A DNA stretch of 36,546 bases from an uncultured bacterium (GCA_964471275.1 CAYYGZ010000011.1:1-36546), one strand, 5' to 3'; shown: positions 1-11,303, counted from the first letter of the stretch. Numbers and translations: made by a program. Notes: generated by a model from the letters alone, not told the origin.

Positions 1-117
1 TCAGAACCTCGTTCGAGTGTAGGTCGCTGGGTGCGTGATCCTGGCCCTGCGATCATTCACAACGGGCTCGGCCACCACATCGCCGGGTTTCGCTTCACTC
101 AGATAGAGTTTACGCAC
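1..117 (-). CDS. Short ORF (38 aa, MRKLYLSEAKPGDVVAEPVVND...), possibly a truncated gene; N-terminus resembles the small domain found in front of HD-GYP proteins
   Basis: Translated by hand: GTG at 117, TGA at 1-3, starting 4 nt after the stop of the YkgJ-like gene. The 'EAKPGDVVAEPVVND' pattern was recognised by eye only. Below the ORF-track cutoff. Confidence 0.3.
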   Translation of the reverse strand: MRKLYLSEAKPGDVVAEPVVNDRRARITHPATYTRTRF

Positions 118-121
118 TCGC

Positions 122-853
122 CTACTCCGCCAGACCTGCACGGTTGAGATAGCCGACCAGGTTTGACTGCAGCCAGGAAACCGGCTTCCGCCACAGCGTG
201 TTGAACCCGCCCCACGTCCAGCGGGAGATTCGATACTTTCCCAACGCCTTGATCAGAAGATCCCGGCGATCATCGTCCAGACCGTCGAACGATTTGGCCA
301 GATCAAGCAGCTCACGATCATACGAGAACGTTGCCATCCGCTCGGCGTGCGTGTCAACCTTCTCCGGCTCGCCGATCTCGGTGTTGGGACAGACCGTGCA
401 CGACTCGTTCTTCTCAAAATGCCGCAACCAGATCGAAGGCACTTCGCCCTCAAGCCAGTCTTTCGTCTCCCTCAGCTTCTCCGGACTCAGGATCCCGTAG
501 GTTCGGCAGGCGAAGGGGCGGGCGGGATGCACGGAGCAACCACCGAGCTCCGAGAGAAATGGACAGCGAAGCGGTCGCTCCTCTTCAAGAGTGAGCAACC
601 GCTCCTGGTCCTCAGGGCTGAAATACGCCTTGACGTGATCGACAATGTTCAGATACTCGACCGCGTAGAGCGGATACATTGTCGCCCAATCTTCCGCCGC
701 TTCTTCCGGCGTCAGTTCGCAGCACTGGCCGAGCTTGTCGCACCCGCACATCACGGCAGGCACTTCCCCGTAGATCCTGTCCAGAGAGGCCTTCGCCTCC
801 GCAGGCAGGATTGGTTCATCGTTGTCCGTGATGTAAAGAAGAGGATCGCCCAC
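122..853 (-). CDS. YkgJ/CxxCxxCC-family cysteine-cluster (Fe-S/Zn-binding) protein
   Basis: Motifs CGCDKLGQCC, CPFL, GCSVHPARPFACRTYG and CTVCP; starts 3 nt after the eno stop. Confidence 0.8.
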   Translation of the reverse strand: MGDPLLYITDNDEPILPAEAKASLDRIYGEVPAVMCGCDKLGQCCELTPEEAAEDWATMYPLYAVEYLNIVDHVKAYFSPEDQERLLTLEEERPLRCPFLSELGGCSVHPARPFACRTYGILSPEKLRETKDWLEGEVPSIWLRHFEKNESCTVCPNTEIGEPEKVDTHAERMATFSYDRELLDLAKSFDGLDDDRRDLLIKALGKYRISRWTWGGFNTLWRKPVSWLQSNLVGYLNRAGLAE

Positions 854-856
854 AGT

Positions 857-2227
<1,371 letters not shown>

Positions 2228-2242
2228 TCAAAGTGAAAAGCC

Positions 2243-2271
2243 AATATACCGGTGAGCCAACTGCCGAACAA
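2243..2271 (-). promoter_or_regulatory. Putative sigma70 promoter of eno
   Basis: Minus strand TTGTTC-17 nt-TATATT, about 50 nt upstream of the eno start. Confidence 0.5.
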
Positions 2272-2287
2272 GCTGGGCCCCAACGAC

Positions 2288-2317
2288 AAGGGGGTCCCGG
2301 AAACACCGAGACCCCTC
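2288..2317 (-). terminator. Hairpin after the cNMP-binding gene (probable terminator)
   Basis: GGGGTC(C)CGG-AAACA-CCG(A)GACCCC stem about 20 nt after the stop; weak U-tract. Confidence 0.5.
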
Positions 2318-2337
2318 GTGGTCCGTGCCCTTCCGAT

Positions 2338-2871
2338 TTACGACTGGGCGCCGCGCACCTTCCGGAGGCCCTCGACTACCTCATTCAGCCGAACAGACAT
2401 ACTCTGAGAAACCCGGTATAGAATCTTGAACCCGAGCATTGGATCCGTGTCGATCAGATCCATCAGATCGGGGCGAAAAAAGCCGATCAAGTCGCTCGGC
2501 TCCGCCGCGACAATCGAAGTCGACCGCGGCGAATCGTCCAGAATAGCGAATTCGCCGAGCAAATCGCCGCTGTCCAGCGTGCCGATCACGACGTTCTCTC
2601 CCGACACCAGCTGGCGAACCACGTTCACGACACCCGATTCGACGACGAACAGACCGGACCGCGGCACCCAGGCCTGGATCACGACCTCGTTGGTCACAAA
2701 CCGGCGACGATGAACAATCCGCTCCAACCTTCCGAGCTCTCGATTCGTCAGATTGTCGAAGACGGGCTGGCGGCCCAGCATCACGGCCACATCATCGTCC
2801 TCATCCAGACCGGGTGCGTACAGCGGCATCCATTCGGGATCTTCGACAACCGGCGACTCGGTTCGCGTCAC
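2338..2871 (-). CDS. Stand-alone cyclic nucleotide-binding (Crp/Fnr-type sensor) domain protein, no HTH
   Basis: LFVVESGVVNV, LDSGDLLGEFAILDDSPRSTSIVA (phosphate-binding cassette) and a C-helix, then stop. Likely start GTG 2871 with GAGG upstream; the track ORF begins at 2910. Confidence 0.85.
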   Translation of the reverse strand: MTRTESPVVEDPEWMPLYAPGLDEDDDVAVMLGRQPVFDNLTNRELGRLERIVHRRRFVTNEVVIQAWVPRSGLFVVESGVVNVVRQLVSGENVVIGTLDSGDLLGEFAILDDSPRSTSIVAAEPSDLIGFFRPDLMDLIDTDPMLGFKILYRVSQSMSVRLNEVVEGLRKVRGAQS

Positions 2872-2878
2872 ACAGACC

Positions 2879-3385
2879 TCATTGCATGATGAAATCGGTA
2901 AAGTAGGCACCCGTTACGGCGCCATTCTGCAGCTCTTCGTTAATCAGGTTGATTATGGTTTCTCGAATCAACTCCTTATCTGGATCCCGGAGATCCTCGA
3001 CCGTATGCGTCTCAAGTGTCTTGAGTACAAGATCCCACACCATCGAGTGCTTCAGCGAGATCTCGTCCAACACGACCAGACGGTCGACTTCCAGAACGAT
3101 TGTCAAACTCACCAACTGCCCACCGCGCGTATCCAGTGGCGAGAAGACCATCTGGGCCAGATCGGTATAGAAAATCGGAGGAACGAACACATCCTCCTCC
3201 AGCTCCTCGAGAATGGGATCCTCTTCCACCACCTCCGGAACCGGGATCGCCCAATCCAGTACCATGTAGGCACCGGCGGTCTCCGCAAGCAGGATAATGA
3301 TGATCAGGAGCAGATACCGATAGGGCCCCTTGGCATCCTGTTTGGATAGTTCCTGCTGCTCTTCCTGATCTTCTTCTTCAGCCAT
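2879..3385 (-). CDS. fliL: FliL-family single-pass membrane protein
   Basis: Acidic N-terminus, one TM helix (YLLLIIIILLAETAGAYMVL), and a C-terminal FliL-like domain ending 'LINEELQNGAVTGAYFTDFIMQ'. Confidence 0.8.
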   Translation of the reverse strand: MAEEEDQEEQQELSKQDAKGPYRYLLLIIIILLAETAGAYMVLDWAIPVPEVVEEDPILEELEEDVFVPPIFYTDLAQMVFSPLDTRGGQLVSLTIVLEVDRLVVLDEISLKHSMVWDLVLKTLETHTVEDLRDPDKELIRETIINLINEELQNGAVTGAYFTDFIMQ

Positions 3386-3391
3386 ACTGCC

Positions 3392-4375
3392 TCACGTCCG
3401 TCCGTAGGGAGCTCGCTGAAATCGCTCCAACTGGCTTTCGAGGTGCTCCTTCAACTCTGGTGATTCGGGTCGCATCCGTATCGCCCTCCAAATCCAAACC
3501 AATGCACTCCGCCGGTCTCCTTGTTTGTAGTATAACTCCGCAAGCGTGTCCATGTAGCTTGGCTGTTCCCGCAGTTCGATCGAAGCCCGCGACAGTTTGA
3601 TACCCTCATCCAGCTTCTTCCCCCGCGTCGCGTACAGCCACGCGAGGTTGTTCATGCTCCTGTGATCGTGCGGATACTGTTCGATCGCGCGCGCGTAAGC
3701 AGTCTCGGCATCACTGTATGCCTCCCGATCGTAGTGCAGATTGCCGACCTCTGCCCACAGATCCGGCAGCGAATCATCCAGAGAGCTGGCGCGGAAATAG
3801 GCCTGCAACGCCTCCTCACTACGTGACATCTCGCGAAGCAGGTTACCCTGTCGAAATAGTATCCAGGCTTCTGCCGGGAACCGCTCTACCAGCTCCATCA
3901 GCAGCGCCATCGCTTCATCGTGTCTGTCACTGACAAGGTAGAAGGTCACCAACTGATCGTAGATCGGGGCATAGTCCGGGACAGACAATGCGGCTCTCTC
4001 CAACCAGCCTAGCGCGGCGTCCGGGTCATCCTGGGCGAGTGAGACACCGATCAGATCCTGGTATACTTCAAGATACGCCGGCTCGAGGGCGATTGCGGAT
4101 TCGAAAACCTCCCGTGCACGACCGAGATCCCGCCGCCGAAGAAACGCCCGCCCCAGAGCGCGATGCAGGTATGCGTCGTCAGGCGCCGCCTGGACTGCCT
4201 GGCTATAAGCATCGATCGCCTGCCCCTCCTGGCCGGCCGCTTCATACGCATTCGCCAGGTCCAGAAGTTGATACGCCTCTCTTTGCGTGCACCCGAAGGC
4301 AGTCGCCAGGATGCAGGAGATGGTAAAGATCTTTAAGGAACATTTCCAGAACGTGTGAGGAGTGCGCATTGACAC
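3392..4375 (-). CDS. Tetratricopeptide-repeat protein, probable lipoprotein
   Basis: Repeated TPR helices (AIDAYSQAVQAAPDDAYLHRALG, MNNLAWLYA, YMDTLAELYY); lipobox-like ATAFGC; ATG 4369 is an alternative start. Confidence 0.85.
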   Translation of the reverse strand: MSMRTPHTFWKCSLKIFTISCILATAFGCTQREAYQLLDLANAYEAAGQEGQAIDAYSQAVQAAPDDAYLHRALGRAFLRRRDLGRAREVFESAIALEPAYLEVYQDLIGVSLAQDDPDAALGWLERAALSVPDYAPIYDQLVTFYLVSDRHDEAMALLMELVERFPAEAWILFRQGNLLREMSRSEEALQAYFRASSLDDSLPDLWAEVGNLHYDREAYSDAETAYARAIEQYPHDHRSMNNLAWLYATRGKKLDEGIKLSRASIELREQPSYMDTLAELYYKQGDRRSALVWIWRAIRMRPESPELKEHLESQLERFQRAPYGRT

Positions 4376-4405
4376 AAACCTATGAAAGTTATCTGATTAC
4401 GAGGA

Positions 4406-4434
4406 AGTATAGAGTTCGCTCATATCTCTGTCAA
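4406..4434 (-). promoter_or_regulatory. Near-consensus sigma70 promoter of the TPR-fliL-cNMP operon
   Basis: Minus strand TTGACA-17 nt-TATACT. Confidence 0.75.
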
Positions 4435-4517
4435 GAATCGGGCCAGTGGCAAGGAGGGATGGAACCGCTACACTTTCGCTTGACGATCACCGAACTCTTT
4501 TGTTCCTAGGGATTGCT

Positions 4518-5513
4518 ATGAGAAAGACATGCATCACCGCAATCTGTGCAATCTTCCTGCTCGTAACAGGATGCCATGACATAGGCCCGAACGACCGTAG
4601 CCTAATCATCGCTACGGCCACTCCCGGAGGAACCTACTATCCGGTCGGCGTCGGAATCGGAACGCTTGTGTCCGAGAAACTGCAACCCGAGATCGTCGCC
4701 TCCGCGATCAACTCCGCCGGGTCCGGCGAGAACATCCAGATGATGGTTAACGGAGAGGCCCAGCTGGCGATTCTTCAGGGACTCTTCGGTGCCATGGCCT
4801 ACTCGGGAACAGGCCGGTATGACACCCCTCTTCGAGATGTGCGATCGATCACCATGCTCTGGCAGAACGTCGAGCACTTTTTGATCAGGGCCGACGCGGC
4901 TCACACGGGTACGATTGCAGATCTCAAATCGCTCGATGATCGCTACTCGATCGGCAAGCGCGGGTCCGGAACAGAGGAATCGACACGCACGATCCTGGCC
5001 GCCATCGGCATCGCGCCAGACGAACACTTTCAACCAGAATTCCTTGGTTACTCTCCCTCGGTACAGGCCCTGATGGATGGCCGCATAGCGGGAGGGAGCC
5101 TGCCGGCCGGTCCACCCGTTGCGGCGGCAACCCAGGCTTTCGCACAGATGGGAGGCAGGGCCCGATTGCTCGAGGTAACCGACGCTCAGCTGACTCGGAT
5201 TCGGATAGCCTATCCCGTCTGGTCACGATATGTGATCCCTGCAGATACCTATCCGGGCCAGTCTTCGGCTGTCCGGACGATCGCACAGCCCAACTTCCTG
5301 GCGTGCACCACCGACCTGCCGACCGACGTCGTATACCAGATCACGAGAACGATCTACGAGAACCTCCCCTACCTTCGGAACATTCACAGTGCCACAAATG
5401 CGATGCGGCTGCAGAAGGCAATCGAGGGACTGGCAGTACCCCTTCACGCCGGAGCGTTGAAGTACTATCGCGAACAAGGCCTGACCATTCCTCCCAGCCT
5501 GGTCGACGAGTAG
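4518..5513 (+). CDS. TAXI-family TRAP transporter solute-binding lipoprotein
   Basis: IATATPGGTYYPVG, SAGSGENI, SIGKRGSGTE and VPLHAGALKYYRE; lipobox LLVTGC. ATG 4518 preferred over track start 4446. Confidence 0.92.
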   Translation: MRKTCITAICAIFLLVTGCHDIGPNDRSLIIATATPGGTYYPVGVGIGTLVSEKLQPEIVASAINSAGSGENIQMMVNGEAQLAILQGLFGAMAYSGTGRYDTPLRDVRSITMLWQNVEHFLIRADAAHTGTIADLKSLDDRYSIGKRGSGTEESTRTILAAIGIAPDEHFQPEFLGYSPSVQALMDGRIAGGSLPAGPPVAAATQAFAQMGGRARLLEVTDAQLTRIRIAYPVWSRYVIPADTYPGQSSAVRTIAQPNFLACTTDLPTDVVYQITRTIYENLPYLRNIHSATNAMRLQKAIEGLAVPLHAGALKYYREQGLTIPPSLVDE

Positions 5514-5516
5514 GCC

Positions 5517-7421
5517 TTGTCGGTTCCAGCGATCAGTGAGACCGAAGGCGATATGGTCACCACACAGCGCAAACTGGTCGGCTCGCACGAACGCATCGTG
5601 TTCTGGACGTGTATCCTGGTCTCCTGCTTCCATCTCTGGGCAAACACGTTCGGTGTCCTGCCGGAGATTCAGCGCAACGCGATCCACTTCGGCTTCCTGC
5701 TCTTCATCGCCTACCTGCTCTACCCGCCCGTCCAAGGTCGATCCGGCTCTCTTGCCGTAGACTACGGGCTGGCGATCGTATCTGCTCTCGTCGCGGTCTA
5801 CCTTCTCCTGTTCGAAGCTGACCTTCACGCGCGTAACCAGATCCCCCTGTTCCGAGATCTGATCGCCGCAACGCTCGCCCTCGTCCTGCTGCTCGAGGTA
5901 ACACGCCGCACAACGGGTTGGTTCATCCCCACGCTCGCGATCCTATTCCTGACCTATGCCACCGTGTGGGGCAAATTCGTCGGCGGGATGTGGCGATTCC
6001 CGGGGGTCTCCATCGAACGTATCCTCTACCGGATGTACTTCGCGCCCGACGGGATCTTCGGCACGATAGCAACCGTTTCCTCAACCTTTGTAGCACTCTT
6101 CGTACTCTTCGGCGCCTTCCTCATCAAGTCAGGTGCAGGCGACTTCATTCTCCACGTGGCCCTCGCGCTTCTGGGTCGCACCGTCGGTGGCCCCGCAAAG
6201 ATGGCTGTGTGTGCCAGCGGGCTGCTTGGCTCGATCTCTGGGAGTGCCGTCGCCAACACCGTCGGATCCGGGTCTCTGACGATACCCATGATGAAGCGTA
6301 CGGGGTTCGCGCCCTCGTTCGCGGCCGCAGTCGAAGCATCTGCATCGACCGGGGGGCAGCTTATGCCGCCGATCATGGGCGCGGGCGCCTTTATCATGAG
6401 TCAGTGGACACAGATTCCGTATCTCACGATCGTTGCTGTCTCCTTTTTGCCCGCGCTTATGTACTTCCTGAGCGTCATCTTCTTCGTCCACTTCCGTGCC
6501 CGTCGCGACGGGATTAGAACGGTTGATCCCACGGAGATACCGCGGCTCCGCAACGTTCTGCGAGAAGGCTGGCACTTCACGATCCCACTCGGTATGCTCA
6601 TCGGTCTTCTATTGGCCGGCTTCACGCCAACATATGCGGCGGCGGCCGGCACGCTCAGCATCGTGCTCGCCAGCTGGCTTCGCCGATCCACGCGTATGAC
6701 CGGTCGCGACATCCTCGATGCCCTTGCGCTGGGCACGCGGAACCTGCTTTCCACGGGGATCATCCTGCTCTGTGCCGGTATCATCGTCGGAGTCGTGCTC
6801 CTTGTCGGTATCGGCATCAAGTTCTCGCTGCTGATCGGAACCTTCGCCGGCAGCAGCGTCCTGCTCGCCGTCATCCTCATTGCCCTCGCCTCACTCATCC
6901 TCGGCATGGGCCTGCCCGTCACCGCTTCCTACATCGTCCTTGCCGTCCTCGCCGCTCCCGCGCTGACGAGTCTGGGCGTCAGTCTGATCGCCGCGCATCT
7001 TCTGATCTTCTGGTATTCCCAGGACGCAAACGTAACGCCGCCTGTCTGTTTGGCCGCATATTCTGCTGCCGGCATCGCGGGAAGTGATCCGATCAAGACC
7101 GGTTTCGCATCCTGGAAGATCGCCAAGGGTCTCTACCTCATCCCGCTCCTCTTCTGCTACACCGGCATCCTGTTCCAGGGAGATTGGTTTTCCGGCATAT
7201 GGACAACCGCTTCCGCTTCCTTCGGACTCCTCGCGATTGCCGCCGCGTCGGAAGGCTTTCACGGCGCACGTTTGGGCAACCCGACTCGGCTGATCTATCT
7301 CGCAGCCGGAACCGCCCTGCTCTGGCCAAGCACGGCCGCCAACCTGGTCGGTGGTGCTCTCCTCCTTGCCCTCTATGTCTCCCAGGTCAAATCGGGCCGC
7401 GACCTGTTGTCCCCTTCCTGA
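5517..7421 (+). CDS. TRAP transporter fused 4TM/12TM permease (TAXI-associated)
   Basis: Highly hydrophobic; GGPAKMAV, SGSAVANTV, ASTGGQLMPPIMGAGAF, LGMGLPVTASYI and TPPVCLAAY. Start could be ATG 5553. Confidence 0.93.
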   Translation: MSVPAISETEGDMVTTQRKLVGSHERIVFWTCILVSCFHLWANTFGVLPEIQRNAIHFGFLLFIAYLLYPPVQGRSGSLAVDYGLAIVSALVAVYLLLFEADLHARNQIPLFRDLIAATLALVLLLEVTRRTTGWFIPTLAILFLTYATVWGKFVGGMWRFPGVSIERILYRMYFAPDGIFGTIATVSSTFVALFVLFGAFLIKSGAGDFILHVALALLGRTVGGPAKMAVCASGLLGSISGSAVANTVGSGSLTIPMMKRTGFAPSFAAAVEASASTGGQLMPPIMGAGAFIMSQWTQIPYLTIVAVSFLPALMYFLSVIFFVHFRARRDGIRTVDPTEIPRLRNVLREGWHFTIPLGMLIGLLLAGFTPTYAAAAGTLSIVLASWLRRSTRMTGRDILDALALGTRNLLSTGIILLCAGIIVGVVLLVGIGIKFSLLIGTFAGSSVLLAVILIALASLILGMGLPVTASYIVLAVLAAPALTSLGVSLIAAHLLIFWYSQDANVTPPVCLAAYSAAGIAGSDPIKTGFASWKIAKGLYLIPLLFCYTGILFQGDWFSGIWTTASASFGLLAIAAASEGFHGARLGNPTRLIYLAAGTALLWPSTAANLVGGALLLALYVSQVKSGRDLLSPS

Positions 7422-7608
7422 GTCCTCCGAGTCTTGCGATGCGAGATCTCGCCAGATGATCCGTCTGAGTCTTGTGTGCCAGACTCGACTGTAACCGACG
7501 GAGACCCTCTGACCCACTTTCACCTTTGGGACTCTGCTACCCTCTCCATATCTTGCCCGCTGCCATCTGTAGAACCCGTCTAAAGATTGTCGTTCGAAGG
7601 AGAACCTG

Positions 7609-8574
7609 ATGAACCGATTTGCATTCCTACTCGTCGCCATACTGCTCAACTCCTGCAGCAGTGACAGGGTACCGTCCGACCGGATTTCGATCGCCGTCAT
7701 ACCTAAAGGCACGACACACGAATTCTGGAAGTCCATACACGCGGGTGCAAAGGAAGCGGCACGGGAACTCGACGTCGACATCATCTGGAAGGGGCCGCTC
7801 AAAGAGGATGATCGCGAAGCTCAGATCGCCGTGGTCGAGGATTTCATCAGTCGCGGTGTCAGCGGGATCGTGCTCGCACCGCTCGATGACTCCGCTCTCC
7901 GAGCCCCCGTCCTCAATGCCACACGAAGCGACATTCCTGTCATCGTCATCGATTCGGGTCTCAAGAGTGATGATCACGTCAGTTTCGTTGCCACAGACAA
8001 CTATATCGGCGGTACGATGGCCGGTCTCGAGATGATCCGTCTGCTCAAGGGAAAGGGGCGCATCGTCGTACTTCGCTACCAGGAGGGATCCGCGAGCACG
8101 ATGAAAAGAGAGCAGGGCTTTCTGGACACCATTTCTGAGTTCAAAGAGATAGAGATTGTCAGCTCAAACCAGCACGGAGGCGCCACCACCGAAACTGCCT
8201 ATGGGGCAAGTGAGAATCTTCTCGCTCCCTACAAGACAGCAGAGAGCGTGGATCTCGACGGCATTTTTTGCCCCAATGAATCGACCACTTTCGGCATGCT
8301 CCGCGCACTCGAGGATGGCCAGATCGCCGGTCGTGTTCAGTTCATCGGATTCGACAGCTCCGAGAAACTCGTCCAGGGGCTCCGCAAAGGTTCGCTGGAT
8401 GCGCTTGTCCTACAGAACCCGAAGAAGATGGGTTACCTGGGAGTGAAGACGATGGTTGCGCATCTTGCCGGTCGACCCGTCGAGAAGAGAATCGACACCG
8501 GCGTCGCCTTGATCACAAAGTCCAACATGGATTCACCTGAGATGGCCGCCTTGCTGAAGCCACCAGGCGATTAA
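7609..8574 (+). CDS. Sugar ABC transporter substrate-binding lipoprotein (RbsB-like)
   Basis: IAVIPKGTTHEFWKSIHAGA, VATDNYIGG, FIGFDSS and QNPKKMGY; lipobox LLNSC; AAGGAG SD. Confidence 0.92.
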   Translation: MNRFAFLLVAILLNSCSSDRVPSDRISIAVIPKGTTHEFWKSIHAGAKEAARELDVDIIWKGPLKEDDREAQIAVVEDFISRGVSGIVLAPLDDSALRAPVLNATRSDIPVIVIDSGLKSDDHVSFVATDNYIGGTMAGLEMIRLLKGKGRIVVLRYQEGSASTMKREQGFLDTISEFKEIEIVSSNQHGGATTETAYGASENLLAPYKTAESVDLDGIFCPNESTTFGMLRALEDGQIAGRVQFIGFDSSEKLVQGLRKGSLDALVLQNPKKMGYLGVKTMVAHLAGRPVEKRIDTGVALITKSNMDSPEMAALLKPPGD

Positions 8575-8693
8575 CCATGACCCGGGAAGACCGTCGCCAT
8601 CGAGAACCGATCGGACACCCCGATCGCCAGGTAACCGCACCGTCAGATCGTCTAGACTTACACCGAGAAAGAGCAAGGAGGAGTGTCGGTCAG

Positions 8694-10205
8694 GTGGGCT
8701 CAACCACTCTCCACGTCGCAAATCTGTGCAAAACCTACGGCGCCACCCGCGCTCTGGATGCCCTGGATATGTCGGTGTCATCCGGATCGATTCACGCGTT
8801 GATCGGCGAGAACGGGGCCGGGAAGAGTACGTTAGTCAAGATCCTCTCCGGTGTCGTGCAACCCGATGCTGGGAAGATGACCCTCGGTTCTGCCCCCTTC
8901 TCACCTTCAGAGCCAGCCGCCGCTCGTAGCGCGGGTATCGCAACCGTCCACCAGGAACTCTCCCTCGCTCCACACCTGACCGTGCGAGAGAACATCTATC
9001 TCGGGCGAGAGATTCGGCGCTACGGGCTGTTAGACCGTGAGGGCATGCGGAGCGGTGCACGTGGTGCTTTCGAGCGACTTGGCCGGGAGGACATTTCGCC
9101 CGACAGGCTTGTCTCGACACTATCGATCGCTGATCGACAGATCGTCGAAATTGCCCGTGTCCTCCTGTCGGAGTCTCGTCTCCTGATCCTCGACGAACCG
9201 ACGAGCAGTCTGTCGAACGAGGATGCGGCGTTATTATTCAGTGTCCTGCGCCGGCTGCGGGACGACGGGCTGGCCATCCTGTATATCTCTCACCTCCTCG
9301 AGGAAATTTCGGATCTGACCGACACGTGGACGGTTCTGAGAGACGGCGCACTCGCAGGAACAGGGACGACTGCCAAGACGACGGAGGATAGGCTGACCGA
9401 GTTGATGATCGGTCGCCGTCTGACCGGGACCACAGGACGCCGTACGCCGCGCCGGGAGAAGGCCATACTTGAAGTACACGACCTGTCCGGACAGACGGGT
9501 CTGCATCACGCGTCATTCGCACTCCACAAGGGAGAGATCCTGGGAATCGGCGGGCTCGTCGGATCCGGTCGGACGGAACTGATGCGCACGCTCTACGGAT
9601 TGGATGCCGTGTTGTCCGGTGAAGTTCGCGTTCACGATGTCACGGGCACGGCACTGCCCCATCGGCGACTTACGCAGGGCGTCGGATTCCTGAGCGAAGA
9701 CCGGGCACTCGAAGGCCTGGCCCTACCGCTCTCGATTGCTGACAACATGGCCATGTCTCGTCTGCCCACGCGGCAGCTCGGCCTCATCGATCGGGTGGAG
9801 CAGACCGTGCGGACGAAACACTGGATCGACGCACTCGCGATTCGATGCGGAGGTCCCGGTCAGTCCGTTCGCCATCTGTCAGGCGGCAACCAGCAGAAGG
9901 TCGCGCTCGCTCGCCTGCTCCACCACGATGTCGACATCCTGCTGCTCGATGAGCCCACCCGCGGGATCGACGTCGGTAGTAAGGCGATCGTCCACGAGAC
10001 GATTCACCAATTGGCTGATACAGGGAAGGCCATTCTGTTGACAAGCAGTCACCTTTCGGAGCTCACGGATCTGTGCGACCGCATCGCGATCGCATACCGT
10101 GGTCGTATCGGACAATTCCGTCCTGCGGATGAAGTCACCGAACACGACCTGATGGCTGAAGCAACACGAGGTCCGAAGTCGGAGAGTGGGACAGGACGTG
10201 GCTAG
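8694..10205 (+). CDS. Sugar ABC transporter ATP-binding protein (RbsA-like, two ABC domains)
   Basis: GENGAGKST, ILDEPTSSL, LSGGNQQKV and LLDEPTRGIDVG. GTG 8694 follows a GGAGGAG SD; the track ORF begins at 8577. Confidence 0.93.
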   Translation: MGSTTLHVANLCKTYGATRALDALDMSVSSGSIHALIGENGAGKSTLVKILSGVVQPDAGKMTLGSAPFSPSEPAAARSAGIATVHQELSLAPHLTVRENIYLGREIRRYGLLDREGMRSGARGAFERLGREDISPDRLVSTLSIADRQIVEIARVLLSESRLLILDEPTSSLSNEDAALLFSVLRRLRDDGLAILYISHLLEEISDLTDTWTVLRDGALAGTGTTAKTTEDRLTELMIGRRLTGTTGRRTPRREKAILEVHDLSGQTGLHHASFALHKGEILGIGGLVGSGRTELMRTLYGLDAVLSGEVRVHDVTGTALPHRRLTQGVGFLSEDRALEGLALPLSIADNMAMSRLPTRQLGLIDRVEQTVRTKHWIDALAIRCGGPGQSVRHLSGGNQQKVALARLLHHDVDILLLDEPTRGIDVGSKAIVHETIHQLADTGKAILLTSSHLSELTDLCDRIAIAYRGRIGQFRPADEVTEHDLMAEATRGPKSESGTGRG

Positions 10206-11157
10206 CCTCCGCTCAATACTCATCCGGAACCGTACGGCGATCGCCCCCGTGATCGGTCTGTTCGGTGTGTACTGGCTGTTCTTACTGATCGGGCCCGACA
10301 GCTTCTCATCCGGCCGAAACCTCGAGACAATCGCACGCCAAACCACCATTGTTGGGATCGCCGCGATCGGTATGACGCTCGTCATCATCTCCGGAGGCAT
10401 CGATCTCTCCGCAGGCTCGATTATCGCGCTCTCGACGGTCGTGGTTGCCGCTACACTCAACACCGGCGTGTCCCCGTTTATATCTGTCCTTTCCGGAGTC
10501 GTCTCAGGCATTCTGGCAGGCCTCGTCAACGGTCTGATCGTCTCCCGGCTCAAGGTAGTACCCTTCATCGTCACGCTCGGGACGCTTCTCATCGTGCGCG
10601 GCATCGCCAAGGGCATTGCTAACGAGCAGAAGATCGACACCTCTCTAACGTGGTTGATCGATCTCCTCGCCGCGCTGCCGCCGGGCGCCAGGTGGATGAT
10701 CTTCCCTCCCGGTGTGTGGCTGCTCCTGATTCTCGCCGGCCTCGCAGCCGGCTTTCTGAGCGCAACACCCACGGGCAAACACATCGTTGCCGTTGGATCG
10801 AACGAAGCGACCGCCCGGGTCTGCGGCATTCGGGTCGAACGCATAAAGACCGCTGTTTACGTGATATCGGGCGGCATGGCCGGCCTCGCCGGGGTCATGC
10901 AGTTCTCCCGGCTCACCGTAGGTGACCCCACGGTCGCGGTCGGCCTTGAACTCGACGTTATCGCCGCGGTTGTCATCGGCGGCGGGAGTCTCTCGGGCGG
11001 CGAAGGTTCCATCTTGGGAACAATCGTTGGGGCACTTATCATGACCGTCATCCGATCAGGGTGTTCTCAGATGGGCCTGCCGAACTGGGTGCAGGAGATC
11101 GTCACGGGATCGATCATCGTCCTCGCCGTTGCCGTGGATCGGTATAGACATCGGTAG
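10186..11157 (+). CDS. Sugar ABC transporter permease (RbsC-like)
   Basis: GGIDLSAGS, PFIVTLGT, AVGSNEATA and ELDVIAAVVIGGGSLSGGEG; overlaps the ATPase stop. Confidence 0.93.
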   Translation: MGQDVASLRSILIRNRTAIAPVIGLFGVYWLFLLIGPDSFSSGRNLETIARQTTIVGIAAIGMTLVIISGGIDLSAGSIIALSTVVVAATLNTGVSPFISVLSGVVSGILAGLVNGLIVSRLKVVPFIVTLGTLLIVRGIAKGIANEQKIDTSLTWLIDLLAALPPGARWMIFPPGVWLLLILAGLAAGFLSATPTGKHIVAVGSNEATARVCGIRVERIKTAVYVISGGMAGLAGVMQFSRLTVGDPTVAVGLELDVIAAVVIGGGSLSGGEGSILGTIVGALIMTVIRSGCSQMGLPNWVQEIVTGSIIVLAVAVDRYRHR

Positions 11158-11303
11158 GTAGCCAAGGGGACGGGAGTGGTGGGGTGGCGAGGTGGGAACA
11201 GTCAGATAGGTCGACTTTGCTCATCAGGCACTCCCCGATCTTTTGGACATCTCGCGGTTTCTGTAGTTGACCGTCTCACAGTTCAATCAACCAGGACACA
11301 CAA

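Noticed and set aside
2338..2871. Calling the cNMP protein a CRP/FNR transcription factor or a CBASS/Pycsar effector
   Set aside because: No C-terminal HTH, no effector domain and no cyclase in the window.
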